Notes: generated from the sequence alone by a model not told the origin. A DNA stretch of 51,452 bases from Chiloscyllium plagiosum (GCF_004010195.1 NW_025214943.1:4584-56035), one strand, 5' to 3'; counted from the first letter of the stretch, positions 1 through 13,397 are shown. Numbers and translations are program-made.

Positions 1-2100
1 CTTTAAAAATAGGGTTAACGAGGCATTGAATAAATTCTACAAATCCTTTAATGGCAAAAGATTAACTAGGGGGAGAACAGGGCCCCTTAAAGATCAGTAA
101 GGCTACCTATGTGTGGAACCACAGGAGATTGGAGGGATACGAAACAAAAAATTCTCCTCAGTATTTAATGAGGAGGAGGTTACAAGAGCGAGAGAATGAA
201 TAGATATATAGTGATACATTGAAAACTGTCTATATTACAAGGAAGTGTTGGACATTTTAAAACACATAAAGGTGAACAAATCCCTGGGACCTGATCAATT
301 GTATCCCAAATGTTTGTGGGAAGCCAAAAAGGAGATTGGTCAGCATTTTCATGATGTATTTGTATCATTGATTTACACAAGTGAGGTGTCAAAAGACTTG
401 AGGGCTGCTACCATAGTGACATTATTTAAGAAAGTAAGGAATAAAAACAGGTAACTATAGATCGCTGAGCCTGGCGTCAATGGTGACTAAATTGTTGGAG
501 GGGATTTTGTCGGAAAGGATGTGTATGCATTTGAAAATACAAGGACTGAAGAGGGCTTTGTACATTGGAGATCACATCTCACTGACTCGGTGTAATCTTT
601 TGAGGAAGTGATGAAGATGATTGATGAAGGCAGGCCAGCGGATGTTGTCTTTATGGAATTCAGTAAGATTACCAAAATGTTCTACATGGTCGCATGGTTA
701 ACAAGGTTAGACAGGCCTGGGATCCAGGAGAGCTCGTCATTTAGATCCAAAATTTTCTTGAATATTGGAGACAGGGCGTGACAGTGGACATTTGTTCATT
801 GAACTTGGAGACCTGTGACCAGTGGCGTGCCGCAAAGATCAATAGTGGGACCACTGCCTTTTGCCACTTATACAAATCATTTGCATTTGAGTACATGAAG
901 TATGGTCAGTAAGTTTTTAGATCATAACAAATTTTGTGACCGTGAAGAATGATCTCTCAGACTTTAATGGGACCTTGTTTAGGTGAGCCGAGGAGTGGCA
1001 AATTGCGTATTTTTTAGTTTTATGTGAGGTGTTGCATTTTAGCAAGACAAATCAAGGCAAGACCTGATAGAACTTCATAGAAATTATCGAATCCCTACAG
1101 TTAGGGAACAGGCTTTTCGGCCCATGGAGGCCACACCGACCCTCTAAACAGAATCCCACTTGACAAACCCCGACCCTATCCCTCTGAGCCTGCATTTCCC
1201 ATGGTTAATCCACCTTCTCTGCACATCCCTTGGTACGGTGCGCAATTTAGCATGGCCAATCTACCCTTACCTGTATATCCTAATGCCGTCGGAGTAAAAC
1301 ATAGCACCCGCAGGAAACTCACACAGACACGGTGAAAATGTACAAACTCCACACAACCAGTCATTTAACGATGGAATTAAACCCAGGTCGGTGCCCTGTG
1401 AGGTACCTTGTGGTGCAGGTTCTCCGTTCCTCGAAAGTGCCGTCACAGGTAGACAGCGCAGCGAGGAAGGCACTTGGTGATCTTCCCTTTATTGGTGCGT
1501 GCTTTGAGTGAAATGTTTGCGTGACAAAATGTGTACAGGACATTGGTTTGGCCACTTTTGTAATATTGCCTTTCATTCTGGTCTCCCTGCTGTCGGAAAG
1601 GCGTTGTCAACGTTGAAAGGGTGCAGAAGAAATTTCAAAGAATGTTGCAGGTGTTGGAGGGTCAGAGTTCCAAGGAGAGTTTGAATAGGCTGAGACTATT
1701 TTCAAGTGTTGAGGCGGAGGGGAGCCTTAAAGGTGTTTATAATATCATGAGGGGCATAGATAAGGTAAACAGTCAATGTCTTTTCCGAGGATAGACGAGT
1801 CCAAATATAGAAGACAAAGGTTTAAGGTGAGAGGAGAAAGATTTAAAAAGGGGCATGAGGGACAACATTTTCACACAGAGACTGATGTGTGTATGGATTG
1901 AACAGCCAAAAGAGGTGGTGGAGGCAGGTACACTTACACCATTTAAAAGGCATTTGGATGGATATATGCATGGGAAGTGTGTAGAGGGAGATGGGCCACC
2001 TGCTGGCAAGGGAGACGAGATTTATTTAGGATATTTGGCGGTATGGATGACCAGACAGAACAATATTCTTCCTTGCTGTACATCTCTGAGAGTCTATTGG
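1..2100 (+). mobile_element. Decayed CR1 LINE ORF2 (RT region and 3' tail), interrupted by a SINE
   Basis: ORF 245-454 reads KSLGPDQLYPKCLWE...TLFKK; 'gtgaccagtggcgtgccgcaaagatc' is a VTSGVPQ-like motif; CR1 3' region FTQR..VWxxxP..VVEAGT. Many stops and frameshifts. Confidence 0.92.
1070..1405 (-). mobile_element. HE1/V-SINE-type tRNA-derived SINE, diverged
   Basis: Contains 'gcaatttagcatggccaatc' and 'caaactccacaca...ggaattaaaccc', shared with the younger SINE copies at 14845 and 30932. Confidence 0.88.
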
Positions 2101-2109
2101 CTCTTCAGT

Positions 2110-2600
2110 GTATAACACTGGAACAGGAGGAGGCTATTCAGCATCTGAATTCTGCCAGTCGGCTTGTTTGCTCAATTACTGAGAGTCAAATACAAAAATA
2201 CATCATTCAGAATTTGATGGCGTTTTACAGAAACAGGAGAAAGGCCTTTAGTCAAGAAAAACTGTAAAGAATGTGAAGAGGCCATTCAGTCCCTCACCTC
2301 AATTTCACAGGAGCAGCAGGTGAGCACAGAGCTATTGGTACCTGTTACTCAGGAGCAGGAAGAGGACATGTATTTTCACAACTTGGGATCAGGAGGGAAT
2401 CATTCAACTGCTTGAAAGTGGGGCACAGGAAAAGGAGACTCAACTGTTCGAGACTGGGACACAGGAACAGGAGCCAGTTATTCAACTGCTCATAACTGGG
2501 TCACAGGGAAATCTGGAGGCTACTGAGGCTCGAGGATCCTGTTACGCAGAAACAGGAGGAGGTGACTCACTCCCCACCAATATGGGACACTGGGAGAGAA
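2110..2600. repeat. Degenerate ~42-bp minisatellite-like array
   Basis: Recurring unit similar to 'gagactgggacacaggaacaggagccagttattcaactgctc'. The paralog at 36000-36300 translates with a 14-aa period (QEAVTELPKIGTQE/QDAVVQLLETVRQG). Confidence 0.7.
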
Positions 2601-3095
2601 GGGGAGTTTGCTTGGAACAAGCAGAAATATGTAAATAAATTGCATCAATCCTGCCCCAACATTCACTAAGATCATGGCTGATCTGATGGTGATTCCCTCA
2701 TTCCATTTTTACGGAGACTCTCCTCTCTGCTGCCTCTACTCCATTTGTTGGTCATGTTGCCGACACAGATGCTGTAACAACAGTTACCATGACTCATCTA
2801 GACGGATGGGTCAAACCGGATGAGTCAGAATTTGAAGAGTCCATTCACAAGAATTAAAACACAAAATAAAGGCATTGCCAGATTTTTAGTTCTCTCACAT
2901 TCGCAATCCAACTCACATAACCAGCCCATCCATTACATATTCAGGAAGGAGCACTGTGTAGATCCGGCTAGTGTACAGCTGTATGTAACCCAGCAATGTC
3001 CAGAGTGAAACTCTATGCAGCCCACACCAATTCTTGATCTATAATGCTGGACTAAATGTCCAACGTGGGGAGCTGTGCAGTCCGCACTGGTTCAT

Positions 3096-3267
3096 TCATA
3101 TATAAACCCAGGCTGTTGCATTGTTCGGTAACACTGTGTTAGATCGCAGCTCAGTGTGGGGAAACTCGCAGCCAATTTTGGAACTGACAGGATGTGCAGC
3201 TCCCATCCATTTACAGCTCCATATCTCCACTGTGCCTTGACAAGGGGTGCTGCGAATGTGAAAGTCA
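3096..3267 (-). pseudogene. Candidate internal exon of a decayed gene (non-repeat block)
   Basis: Minus-strand acceptor 'atcttcctcacag|tgactttcac'. The phase-2 frame reads DFHIRSTPCQGTVEIWSCKWMGAAHPVSSKIGCEFPHTEL... up to a stop at 3096. In the paralog the acceptor is CAT (37003-37005). No family is confidently recognised. Confidence 0.25.
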
Positions 3268-3379
3268 CTGTGAGGAAGATATGTAAATGGAAACAATTTA
3301 AATACCAATAGTTCTGATTAAGGCGAGTATCACTTTAGTATTTACAGATGAAATAACTGAGATAATATCCAATGAGATT

Positions 3380-5790
3380 TTGTAAATGATGCAAACAAGT
3401 AAGAGGGGGATGGTGATGTTATAGTGGTTGTACTATACGCTTTCAAATAGTCAATGGGAATGAAAGGAACAAATATGTAGGGAGACTGGCGAGACTTGCA
3501 GGAGCAATAGGGTTGTCATAATAGGTGATTTAAATTTTCCTAACATAGACGGGGACTTCCAGCGGGTTAAGAACTTAGATGGAACTTAATTTGTTAAGTG
3601 TGTTCAGGAAAGTTTCCACAAGCAATATATAGAGTATCCTACTCGGGAAAGGACAAACTCGACCTACTGTTGAGAAATAGGTGACGGAGGTAAAGTGGAG
3701 GAGCATTTTGGGAAAAGTGACCAGAGCTGTATTAATGTTAAAATAGGTATGGTAGGGACAAAATTGGTCCATAGATTCAAGTTCTAAATTGGGGGAAGGC
3801 GAATTTTGTTGGAAATAGGTAGGGGATTGCAGGGCTTGATTGGAGTAGTGTGTTTCCAGGTAAAAGGATCCCGTGAAAGTGGGAGGGTTTCAAAAGTGAG
3901 ATAGCTCCAGTTCCAGCTCGATATGTTCCTGTGAGGGTGAAGGGAAAGTAAGGCTGGAAGAGAGAACCCTGGATGACAAGAGATATTGAGGCTCTGACCA
4001 GAAGAAAAGGAGGCGTCGCTCAGGTACAGCGAGCTGGGACCAAGGGAATCTCTGGAGGTACACAGGGGATACTGGAGTTTACTGAACAAGGAAATCAGCA
4101 GGGCTAAAGTGGGGTATGAGATAGCTTTGGCTGAGCAGATTATGGTGAATCAAAATTCAGTATAGTGAAGACAAAGAACAACTAGAGAGAGATAGGAAGC
4201 CTTAAAATCCAAAATGTGCATGCATGTGTAAAACCTCATGAGATGGGTGAGGTCCTCAATTCCCCCTCTGTGTTTATCCTGAAGAAAGACATAAAGACCT
4301 GTGATCTTTGGGAGGTTAGTTGCGATAACTTGGTACAGTCCATATCAACGTAGAGGTGCTGTTGGACACATTAGAATGCACAAAGTCAGATAAATCTCTT
4401 GGTCCTGACCAGATATATCTATGAGCACTGCACGAGGCGAGAGAATATAGTTCAGGGGCGAGGTCCCGGAAGACTGGGCAATAGCAATTGTTGTGCCCTT
4501 ATTCAGAAGGGCTGCAAAGAAAAGCCTGGGAAATATAGACCAGTAAGCTTCACATCTGTTTCTGGAAACCACTTGAGAAGTTTCAGAGATATAACATATC
4601 CATGCATTGGGAAGACAGAGTTTGACTTGGAGCAGTCAGCATAGCTTTGTGCCTGGCAGATCATGCCTGACAAATTTTGATAGAGTTTTTGAGGAAGTGA
4701 CCAGGAAGCTTGACGAGGGCAGGGTGGTGGACATAATCTATATGGATTTCAGTAAGGCCTTAGATAAGGTTCCACATGGTAGGCCGCTCTGGAAGGTTAG
4801 GTTACATGGACTCCAATGTAAATTGGCAAATTGGCGACACAATTGGCTTGACGTTATGAAGCAAATGGCTATGATGGAGGTCTGCCTCTCGGACAGGAGG
4901 CCTGTGACGAGTGGAGTGCCTCAGAGGTCGGTCCTGGGCCCATTGCTGTTTGCTATCGATATCAATGATTTGGACCAGAGTGCACAACGCAAGGTTAGTA
5001 AGTTTGCAGATGACACTAAATTAGGAGACATCATTCACAGTGAGGAACGTTATCAGAAATTGCAGCAGTACCCTGATCAGCTGGGGAAGTGGGCTGAGAA
5101 TTAACAAATGGAGTTTAATATAGATAAGTGTCTTACATTTAGGAAAGTCAAATCCAGGTAGGAATTTAATGACGAATGATAGTGCCTTAAGGCGTGTAGT
5201 GCAAAAAGGACGTTGGAGATCAGGTGCACAGTTGTCTGAAATTTGAGTCACAGATATACAGGACAGTGGCCTCCATCAGGGCATTGAGTATAGACGTTGG
5301 GACATTATGTTGCAGTTGTATAGGATGTTGGTAAGGCAGTACTGGAGTATTGTGTTCAGTTTTGTTCAGCTTGCTCTAGAAAGGATATTATTGAACAAGA
5401 AAGTACGTAGAACAAATTTCCAAAGATGTTCCCTGGGCTAAAGGCTCTAAGTTATAGGCAGAGGTTGGACAGGTTAGAACTTATTTCTTTACAGCGTAGG
5501 AAACTGAAGGNNNNNNNNNNNNNNNATATATAAAAAGGAACCTGAGGGGCAAACGTTTTACACAGAGTGTGGTACGCCTATGAACTGAGCTGTCAGTGGA
5601 AGTGATTGAGGTGGGTACAATAACAACATTGAAAAGGCATTTGGACAAATACACAGATAGGAAAGGATTAGAGGGAAACAGAACAAGGGCAGGGAAATAG
5701 GGTAAGTCTGGATGGACATTTTGGTTGCCATGTACCAGCTGTGCCAAATGGCCAGTCAGACTGGCAGTCTCATGCAATATGACTGTAAAT
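3380..5790 (+). mobile_element. Decayed CR1 LINE ORF2 (endonuclease end, RT and 3' tail)
   Basis: Endonuclease motifs GDLNFP ('ggtgatttaaattttcctaac') and SDH-like. ORF 4607-5104 contains SCLTN, YMDFSKALDKVPH, SGVPQRSVLGP and KFADDTK. Confidence 0.95.
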
Positions 5791-5859
5791 GAGTGTGTTT
5801 TGAGGTGAAGACAGGGTAGGGGAGGGAGACTAAGATAAAATGTCATGGAAGGATATGTT

Positions 5860-6010
5860 CACAGGTTCAGAATGCTGAAATGGAGACATTTCGATAGTAT
5901 CATGCAACACGGGTCAGGATTAAGAAGAATTATGAGTGAAAGGGATATTTCTGTGAGTTCAGGCGATGGAGAGTTTTGGATGAGCCTTTGTCTCCAGCTT
6001 TGTAACTGGG
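5860..6010 (-). mobile_element. Ancient L2-like LINE remnant
   Basis: The minus frame 'RLIQNSPS' resembles the L2 ORF2 C-terminal LIQNSAAR motif. Paralog at 39700-39850. Confidence 0.4.
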
Positions 6011-6502
6011 AGTGAGGACAGCAGAGTCTTCGCCTCACTGGGCTGAACCTAACAAAAAACTGTCTCAGTGACATTTTCATTGAGTGTGACAGAGGGGTTG
6101 TCTGCATGAGGCCGAGCTAGTTTCATGGTGCTATCTTACCAAACTCATGTCATTAACAACACACCCCACTCCAGAGTGTCCCTTTCATACAGTGCCAGCC
6201 CGATTCTCCCACCCATCATGACTGGGGGTACTCATAGTCGCCCGGATGCCTCTGGATATTCCGTAACCCCTGACACTGGTGCCAACTTTAAAAGATCAAT
6301 AGGCACATGGTTGTGCTTTCTCAGTTTGGAGCTGCCCAGCACATTTTCCCCAAGCATGGCAATGAAGGAGAAATTACACCACGGTTTGTCGACAGCAGCA
6401 TGGAGGTCTAGGTGGATGCGCTAGTACTAAAGGGGACCATTCTCTTCCCAGGGGGGGGCACGCTACGAGATCCACCGAGCATGGACTGAGCTCACCACCC
6501 AG

Positions 6503-6594
6503 CTCGGTGCAGTTTCTGGGGTCTGAAGAAATGTCCAGCAAAACATGACAACCATCAAAAAGCTTCTCCACTCTGTCTGGATAAGGGTCACCAT
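6503..6594 (-). pseudogene. Candidate signal-peptide (leader) exon, copy 1
   Basis: ATG at 6594 in good context (aagATGG) reads MVTLIQTEWRSFLMVVMFCWTFLQTPETAP. It lies in non-repeat sequence. The paralog has an AG|GTAGGT donor at the equivalent position; here that site is AG|CTGGGT, with a GTGAGC nearby. Confidence 0.33.
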
Positions 6595-7409
6595 CTTTTC
6601 TCTGCTCCCTCACACTCACTGTATATCTGTTATAGCACCGACCCCCGAACAAGGCTCATGCTCCACCACTCACACTATTGCATGCAGCACCTTCACTATT
6701 TGCATGCAGCCCTTCCCTCTGTTTCTCTCTTGCCTTTCTAATGCCCCCCCCCCCATCTAATGCCCGCCACATAGTTAGAGAATATTCTGCAGAATGTCAA
6801 TTATGGATTGTTCCAGATATTGTTCCAACTTATTCCCAGTTTCAGGAAAACGCTGTGCCCCAGTGCGTAACACGTAACAGGATGGAGTAGAGATGTACGT
6901 TTTTCAAATCACACACAATTAAAATCCATCATGAGGCCATTCAGTACTTAAAATATGCTCCAACGTTCAATATGTTCGGGGGTGATCTGATGGTTTTCTC
7001 AGCTCCATGTTACAGGAACTTCCAGTCATTCAACGCCCAGGTTCCTGTTACCGAGCAGACGATCTCAGACACTTCATACCCCGGGTTTCTTCTAGCATGT
7101 GTTCAGAAAGCATTTCTAATGGGGACGGACTCTCCTAACAATATATTTCATCTGATTTATAAATTCATGCAACAGTCAGCATGCTTTCCATAAACCAATC
7201 AAAAATACGTACTTATTTTATAGTTATCGATATCCAATCACAATTAGTCATTCACTAGCCTCACCTTATTGTATTCAACCAAAGACAGCTTCCAAACACT
7301 CGTCTCATTATAAAATAAAATTTCTAGCAGAGAACATCTTTATCTCGAATTCCCTTGTCATTAAAATTTCTCTTGCCCTTTTTTTGTGACTGATTCTGTG
7401 TGCAACATT

Positions 7410-7600
7410 ACACAGTCTCCCACTCAGTTGGCTGGATGGTTGGTTTGTGATGCAGAGGGAGGCCACCAGCGCAGGTTCAATTCCCCACACTGACAGAGGT
7501 TACCATGAAGGGGATGCTCTCTCAACCTCACCCCATCACCCATGTGGTGACCTTCAACATAAACCACCATGAGTGGTCTCTCTAATGAGAGTTCTTTGGG
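7410..7600 (+). mobile_element. tRNA-derived SINE (second family)
   Basis: Pol III B-box-like 'ggttcaattcc' at ~7474, preceded by an A-box-like region. Paralog at 41830-42010. Confidence 0.7.
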
Positions 7601-8126
7601 TCTCTATTCTATCAATGTTAGGATTTTAATTTTTTAACCAATTTTTTTATTGAAAAAGATCTTTTATTATTATATTAAACCAATAAGAAAACAACTCAAA
7701 TAACTGAACAAAATTACACCCATGTGCATGTATATACAAAATAAGTTAGTTTCTAAACGGACAGAAGAAAAACAAAAATAAACAATAAATAATAAATAAG
7801 TAATACGGCTCAGCATAACAAAGTGATAGCTCTCGGTCTTCGAGAGCATGAACTGACACACATTCATACGTTCATAATTATTAATATGTGCTTCATTAGA
7901 CAATATCGTCATGGCTATATAAAAGCACTTTCTGGAGTGGCAGATAAGCCTGTATCGTGGTAAGCCAAAAAGGGTTGCCATATCTTATATAAATCTCTGC
8001 TTTTCGGCGCACCATACTGGTGAGAATGTCCAAAGTGATATTGTCCATGACGAGCTTACAACCACCCAACAGACCTGGAGGTTTTTCAGACATCCAACAC
8101 AACATAATATTTTTACTAGCACAACT

Positions 8127-9700
8127 AAAGGAGTATTGTGCATCAGTAGTTACTGTGGAAAAGGAAATGGAAGATATAAAATGTAGGGAAATAGATGGTG
8201 ACACCTTGCAAAATGTCGATATTACAGAGAAGGAAGTGCTGGACGTCTTTAATCGGATAAAGGTGGATAAATCCCCAGGACCTGATCAGGTGTACCCTAG
8301 AACTCTGTGGGAAGCTAGAGAAGTGATTGCTGGGCCTCTTGCTGAGATATTTCTCATATAGATAGTCACAGGTGAGGTGCCAGCAGACTGGAGGTTGGCT
8401 AACGTTGTGCCATTGTATAAGAAGGGTGTTAAGGACAAGCCAGGGAACTATAGACCAGTGACCCTGACCTTGGTGGTGGGCAAGTTGTTGGAGGGAATCC
8501 TGAGGGATAGGAATTGCATGTATTTGGAAAGGCAAGGACTGATTACGGATAGTCAACATGGCTTTGTGCGTGAGAAATCATGTCTCACAAACTTGATTGA
8601 GTTTTTTGGGAAAGTAACAAAGAGGATTGATGAGGGCATAGGGTAGATGTGATCTATACTGATTTCAGTAAGGGTTTTGATGAGGTTCCCCATGGGAGAC
8701 TGAATGGCATGGTTAGATCTCATGGAATACATGGAGAAGTAACCATTTGGACACAGAACTGGCTCAAAGGTAGAAGACAAAGGTCAGTTTGGGTTTTCAG
8801 TAAGGGTTTTGATGAGGTTCCCCATGGGAGACTGAATGGCATGGTTAGATCTCATGGAATACATGGAGAAGTAGCCATTTGGACAAAGAACTGGCTCAAA
8901 GGTCAGATTTTCAGACTGGAGGCCTGTGACAAGTGCAGCGCCACAAGGATCGGTGCTGGATTCATTAATTTTTGTCATTGACATAAATTATTTGGATGCG
9001 AGCATAAGAGGTACAATTAGTAACTTTGCAGATGACTCCAAAATTGGAGGTGTAGTGAAAAGCGAAGAGGGTCACCTCAGATTGACCAAATGGCCAAAGG
9101 GCTGAGAAGTGGCAGATGGAGGTTAATTCAGATAAATGCGAGGTGCTGCATTTTGGGAAAGAAAATCTTAGCAGGACTTATACACTTAATTGTAAGGAAA
9201 CTTGAAAGGATTCATAAAATATTTCAAGCATGTTGCCAACTTTGGAGGATTTGAGCTATAGAGAGAGGCTGAACAGACTGGGGCAGTTTTCCCTGGAGCG
9301 TCGGAGGCTGAGGGCTGACATTATAGAGGTTTACAAAATTATGAGGGGCATGGATAGGGTAAATAGGTAAAGTCTTTTCCCTGGAGTAGGGGAGTCAGAA
9401 CGAGAGGGGAAAGGTTTAGAGTGAGAGGGGAAAGATATAATAGAGATCTACGGAGCAACTATTTCACACAGAGAGTGGTACGTGTATGGAATGAACTGCC
9501 AGTTGATGTCAGGGAGGCTGATATAAGTGCAACATTTAAGAGGCATTTGGATGGGTGAAAGAATAAGAAGGGGTTGGAGTGTTATGGGCCAGATGCTGGC
9601 AGGTGGGACTAGAGTGGTTTGGGATATCTGGTCGGCATGGATGGGTTGGACCGAAGCGACTGTTTCCATGGTGTACATCTCCATGACTCTATGATTCTAT
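8127..9700 (+). mobile_element. CR1 LINE (5'-truncated, RT and 3' tail) nested in the L1
   Basis: ORFs read KSPGPDQVYPRTLWE, DWRLANVVPLYKKG...NYRPV, SCLTNLIEFF and DFSKGFDEVPH. Ends in a 'ctatgattctatga' microsatellite tail. Confidence 0.96.
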
Positions 9701-10464
9701 GACTTATATATCTCTGTTGTTTGGTGCACCATGCTGGTGAGAAAGTCCAAAGGGATATTCTCCACGATGAGCTTACAAAGTCTCAACAGACCCGGGGAGT
9801 TTTCAGACATACAACACGACATAATATTTTTCCTAACATGGAAAGTATGGATTTCTTTCCCATGTGCATCTGCGTAAGATGCTCTGGGCAGGCCCAGGAA
9901 AAGAGAAACCGGGTCCATCTCCAATTCGGTCCCCAAGACCCACTCTACCACACCTAACACAGTGCTTCAATGTATACGAAGCCTACAACAGGACCACATG
10001 CAATGAGTAAGAGTGTCTGAAGTCATTCTGCATTTTGGACATGCTGAAGATAATCCCACTTTGAATTTTGAGAGAAAATCTGGGGTCAGATAGACCCTAT
10101 GAATAATTTTCAACTGCATGGAATGGGTTCTATTACAGATAAAAATCCTTTGACCATTTTCACAAATATCCTCACACGTCTCTGAAAAGATTTCAACCCC
10201 CAACTCTCTCGCACAGACGTCACGAAGCTGCACAGTCTTGTCTGCGGGGACACTCTCCAACAAATGGTAAAGGGTACTGACAGAGGGGGTATTCTTTACA
10301 ATAATCACCTGCTTCTCTGTATCAGGTCTAAACGTGTTTTGTGAAATTGTGTTTTTTAATCAAATCTCTATTCTGGAAAAAAGAAACAGAAGAAGTCTCT
10401 ACTAGGTAGTCCATACTTACGAGTTATTTGATCAAACGGTATCATTGTTTCTCCTTCAAGTAAC

Positions 10465-10795
10465 ACGTGGTGGCTCGGTGGTTTGCACTGCTGACTCAGC
10501 GCACCAGGATCACAGGTTTGGTTCCAGCCTTGGGTGACTGGCTGCATGGATTTAGTATATTCTCAACTGTGACTGCGTAGGTTTCCTCCCACAGTCACAA
10601 ACATGTGCATGTTAGATGACTTGGCCATTGCTTAATCGCTCATTGTGTTCCAGGATCCGTAAGTTGGTGTATTAATCAGGGTAAATATAAGGTGGTAGGG
10701 GAATGGGTGTGGGTGGGTTACTCTTCAGAGGATCGAAGTGGACTTGCTGGGCTCAAGGACCTTTTTCCACACTGTAGGGATACTACTAATTCTAA
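10465..10795 (+). mobile_element. HE1/V-SINE-type SINE nested in the L1 (shared with copy 2, 44765-45092)
   Basis: Head 'ggtggctcggtggtttgcactgctg', core 'ttggccattgct', tail 'ccacactgtaggga...ctaattctaa'. Confidence 0.88.
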
Positions 10796-12479
10796 ATCAC
10801 CCAAACAAGGTATCCCCCTCACCGCCCACAACAGACTAATAAGGGTTCACTTTTTCTGAGAGGGCTCAATATCTAGCCGTATTGACGCCGAGTCCTCAGC
10901 GGCCCAGGCACTAACATAGGATGATAGAAAAAAGCTTAATTGATTGCTTTTAATCTGGGATATCAACCCCCGCACAATCTGTGGGGCAGTTGCAATTTTG
11001 TTAGCTTGATAAGGAATCGCTTATGGTGCCAAATAAAAGTGCTAAACTAGCCATTCTGTTTCCTAAGTATCTGTCTGGGAAACATCAAAGAAAGCATTCG
11101 CACGGGGTCTAGGAAATGAGAAAGGACATTCATTTTAACAACAGCTATTTGATCTGGCCAGGATATTTGAAATGCCTCCCATCTTTGAAGGTCTTGTTTA
11201 ATTTTGTCAAACAAATGGACACAGTTCACGTTAAATAAATGATCAAAGACAGATGTAATGAATATACTGAAATAGGAAAACAACCCCCGTGATCATTTAA
11301 AAGGAAACCAGGATTTGCCCTCAGTATCAGGTATTTCCCTAAGACCTCCCATAGGCCTGGCCTCCAACTTTGTAAAATTAATCTTATCGCCCAGAAAGGC
11401 AACAAGCGAATTAATGCATTGCATCACTTGAACTACCGAAATTGCAGGATTTGACAAAAACATAAGACCCTAATCTGCATACAATATAATCTCACGTGAC
11501 TTCTATCCTACTTCAGGGTCAGATGTGTTGGCATCCCTACGGATGGCCTCCACCAGTGGCTCAATCACCAACGTAAACAACAATGGCGAAAGGTGTCAGC
11601 CTTGTCGGCTGCCTGGAGAAATATTAATATTACTGGGTGGCCACACCATTAGTGAGAACAACAGCCAGAGTATCACGGTAAAGGACCCTCACCCACTTGA
11701 TAAAAACTTTGCATAGGCCAAACCGTTCTAATGTACAGAAGAGATCCGGCCACTCAACCCAATCAAATGTGTCCTCTCATCTAAAGGGATCAATAATCCC
11801 TGGACAGATTGTTGTTGACACTCTTGGATCGTATTGAGTAAACTCTTAACATTGTAGGAAATCCATCAGGAACGTGTGCCTTTACATTCTGAAGCTGTTT
11901 CACGCCCTCCTGCGCTGACAATGGTGCATTAAGGCACAACACTTCTTCAGGGGTTACTCCTAGAAGACCCAGGTTCTTGAAAAATGACTCCATCTTAATC
12001 CATCTATCCTCAAAATGTTCAGTCTGAAATAATACGTGAATAATCTCAGACAGGAGGCATTAATCTTTTTGGAATTGAAGGTAAGGATCCCATTCCCTTC
12101 CCTAATTGAGGTATTGGCTTAAGAGGGTCGATCGTTTTCCTGGCAAGATAGAATAAATACCTGCCTGGCTTATCACCATGTTCAAACAGCCTTTGTTTTG
12201 CAAAATTAAGTTCCTTCTTGACTGTCTATGTGAGCGTGGAATTCACTGTAGGCCGAAGCTTTGTAATCCTCTGCAGTTTAGCCACTGAGGGTCTATCACA
12301 GTATGCATTCTCGGTTGCCCTCAGCTTTGCCTCAAACCAGCGTTCCTCCTCCCCCTTCTGCTACATCAAAAGGAATAATTATTCCCTTGGCATAAGCCTT
12401 AGCAATTTCCCATAGAGTGGATGAATTACTGGTTGAATCTGAATTAATGGTGAAGAAAGATCTGAATTCATTGCAGTGG

Positions 12480-12745
12480 TCAGCACAGTGACACAATGGT
12501 TAGCACTGCGCCTGAGAACTGGGTTCAATTCCTGCCTCAGGTGACTGTCTGTGTGGAGTTTACATATTCTCCCAGTGTCTGCGTGAGTTTCCTCCCACAG
12601 TCCAAAAATGTGCAGGTTAGGTAAATTGGCCATGCTAAATTGCCTGTAGAGTTAGGTGAAGGGGAAAAATGTCAGGATCTGGGTCGGTGTGGACGTTTTT
12701 GGGCCGAAGGGCCTGTTTCTACACTGTAGGTAATCTAATCTAACT
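12480..12745 (+). mobile_element. HE1/V-SINE-type SINE, present only in copy 1
   Basis: A/B-box head 'tggttagcactg...gggttcaattcc' and 'aatctaatctaa' tail. Absent at the equivalent site ~47145. Confidence 0.9.
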
Positions 12746-13397
12746 ACTCAATTAACCAAATAGTCTTACAAATAAAGGGATACATTCGTTAGTGTCTCGA
12801 ATCTATTATATTGCTCTTTATCTTAATCAATAAGTACACTGCTTCATGGTCAGAAATGGTAATATTCCCAATTGTGCAGGATGCCACCGAATCGAAGATT
12901 GTTGCAGGAATGGGGAAAATATCAATCCTCGTATGGCATTTCTGCGGGTTAAAGAAGAAAATAAAATCCCTGCTTGTGATGTGGATCTGCCACCAGACAT
13001 CCACCAGCTCTCGTTCTGCACACATATCCACTAATTGCTTACATTATAACGAGGTCACTGGGGCAACTTTGGACATTCTGTCCACCGTGGAGTCCATAAG
13101 ACTTTTGAAAACTTCCAGAATAAAGTGCCACGATGCAAGATAACTGAATTTGGAAAATGCATCTACCGGGATTTTAAGAGGGTGCGCCGGGGTGGGTTGG
13201 GGGGGCAATGAACATTCAAAATACTATATTCTTTACTATAGTTCAAGGCTTTGGGGATTATGAATTTCCCGTGAATGTCAAATACAATCTATTAGGTTAA
13301 ATGCAAGATTCTTTTTTATCCATTATGGCTTTTCCCCTCCACATAATATTAAAAGACGAGAAATAAACCCGATCAGGCCCGACCTGCTGTAATGTCA

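Noticed and set aside
3111..3138. RSS-like arrangement ggctgttgc + 12 bp + cactgtg
   Set aside because: The nonamer matches only 6/9, the heptamer is altered in the paralog, and there is no V, D or J coding segment (no YYC, WGxG or FGxG) nearby.
4607..5104. Intact reverse transcriptase gene
   Set aside because: Only a 165-aa stop-bounded fragment of a frameshifted CR1. No autonomous element survives in the window.
5965..5985. Plus-frame DGEFWMS, resembling a calpain catalytic motif
   Set aside because: Followed by a stop within about 10 codons, with no other calpain motifs or splice sites. It is better explained as the antisense of an L2-like LIQNS segment.
6698..6705. Octamer ATTTGCAT about 100 bp upstream of the candidate leader ATG (Ig-promoter-like)
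   Set aside because: It lies within a small local tandem duplication, is absent from the paralog, and no Ig domain exon was found.
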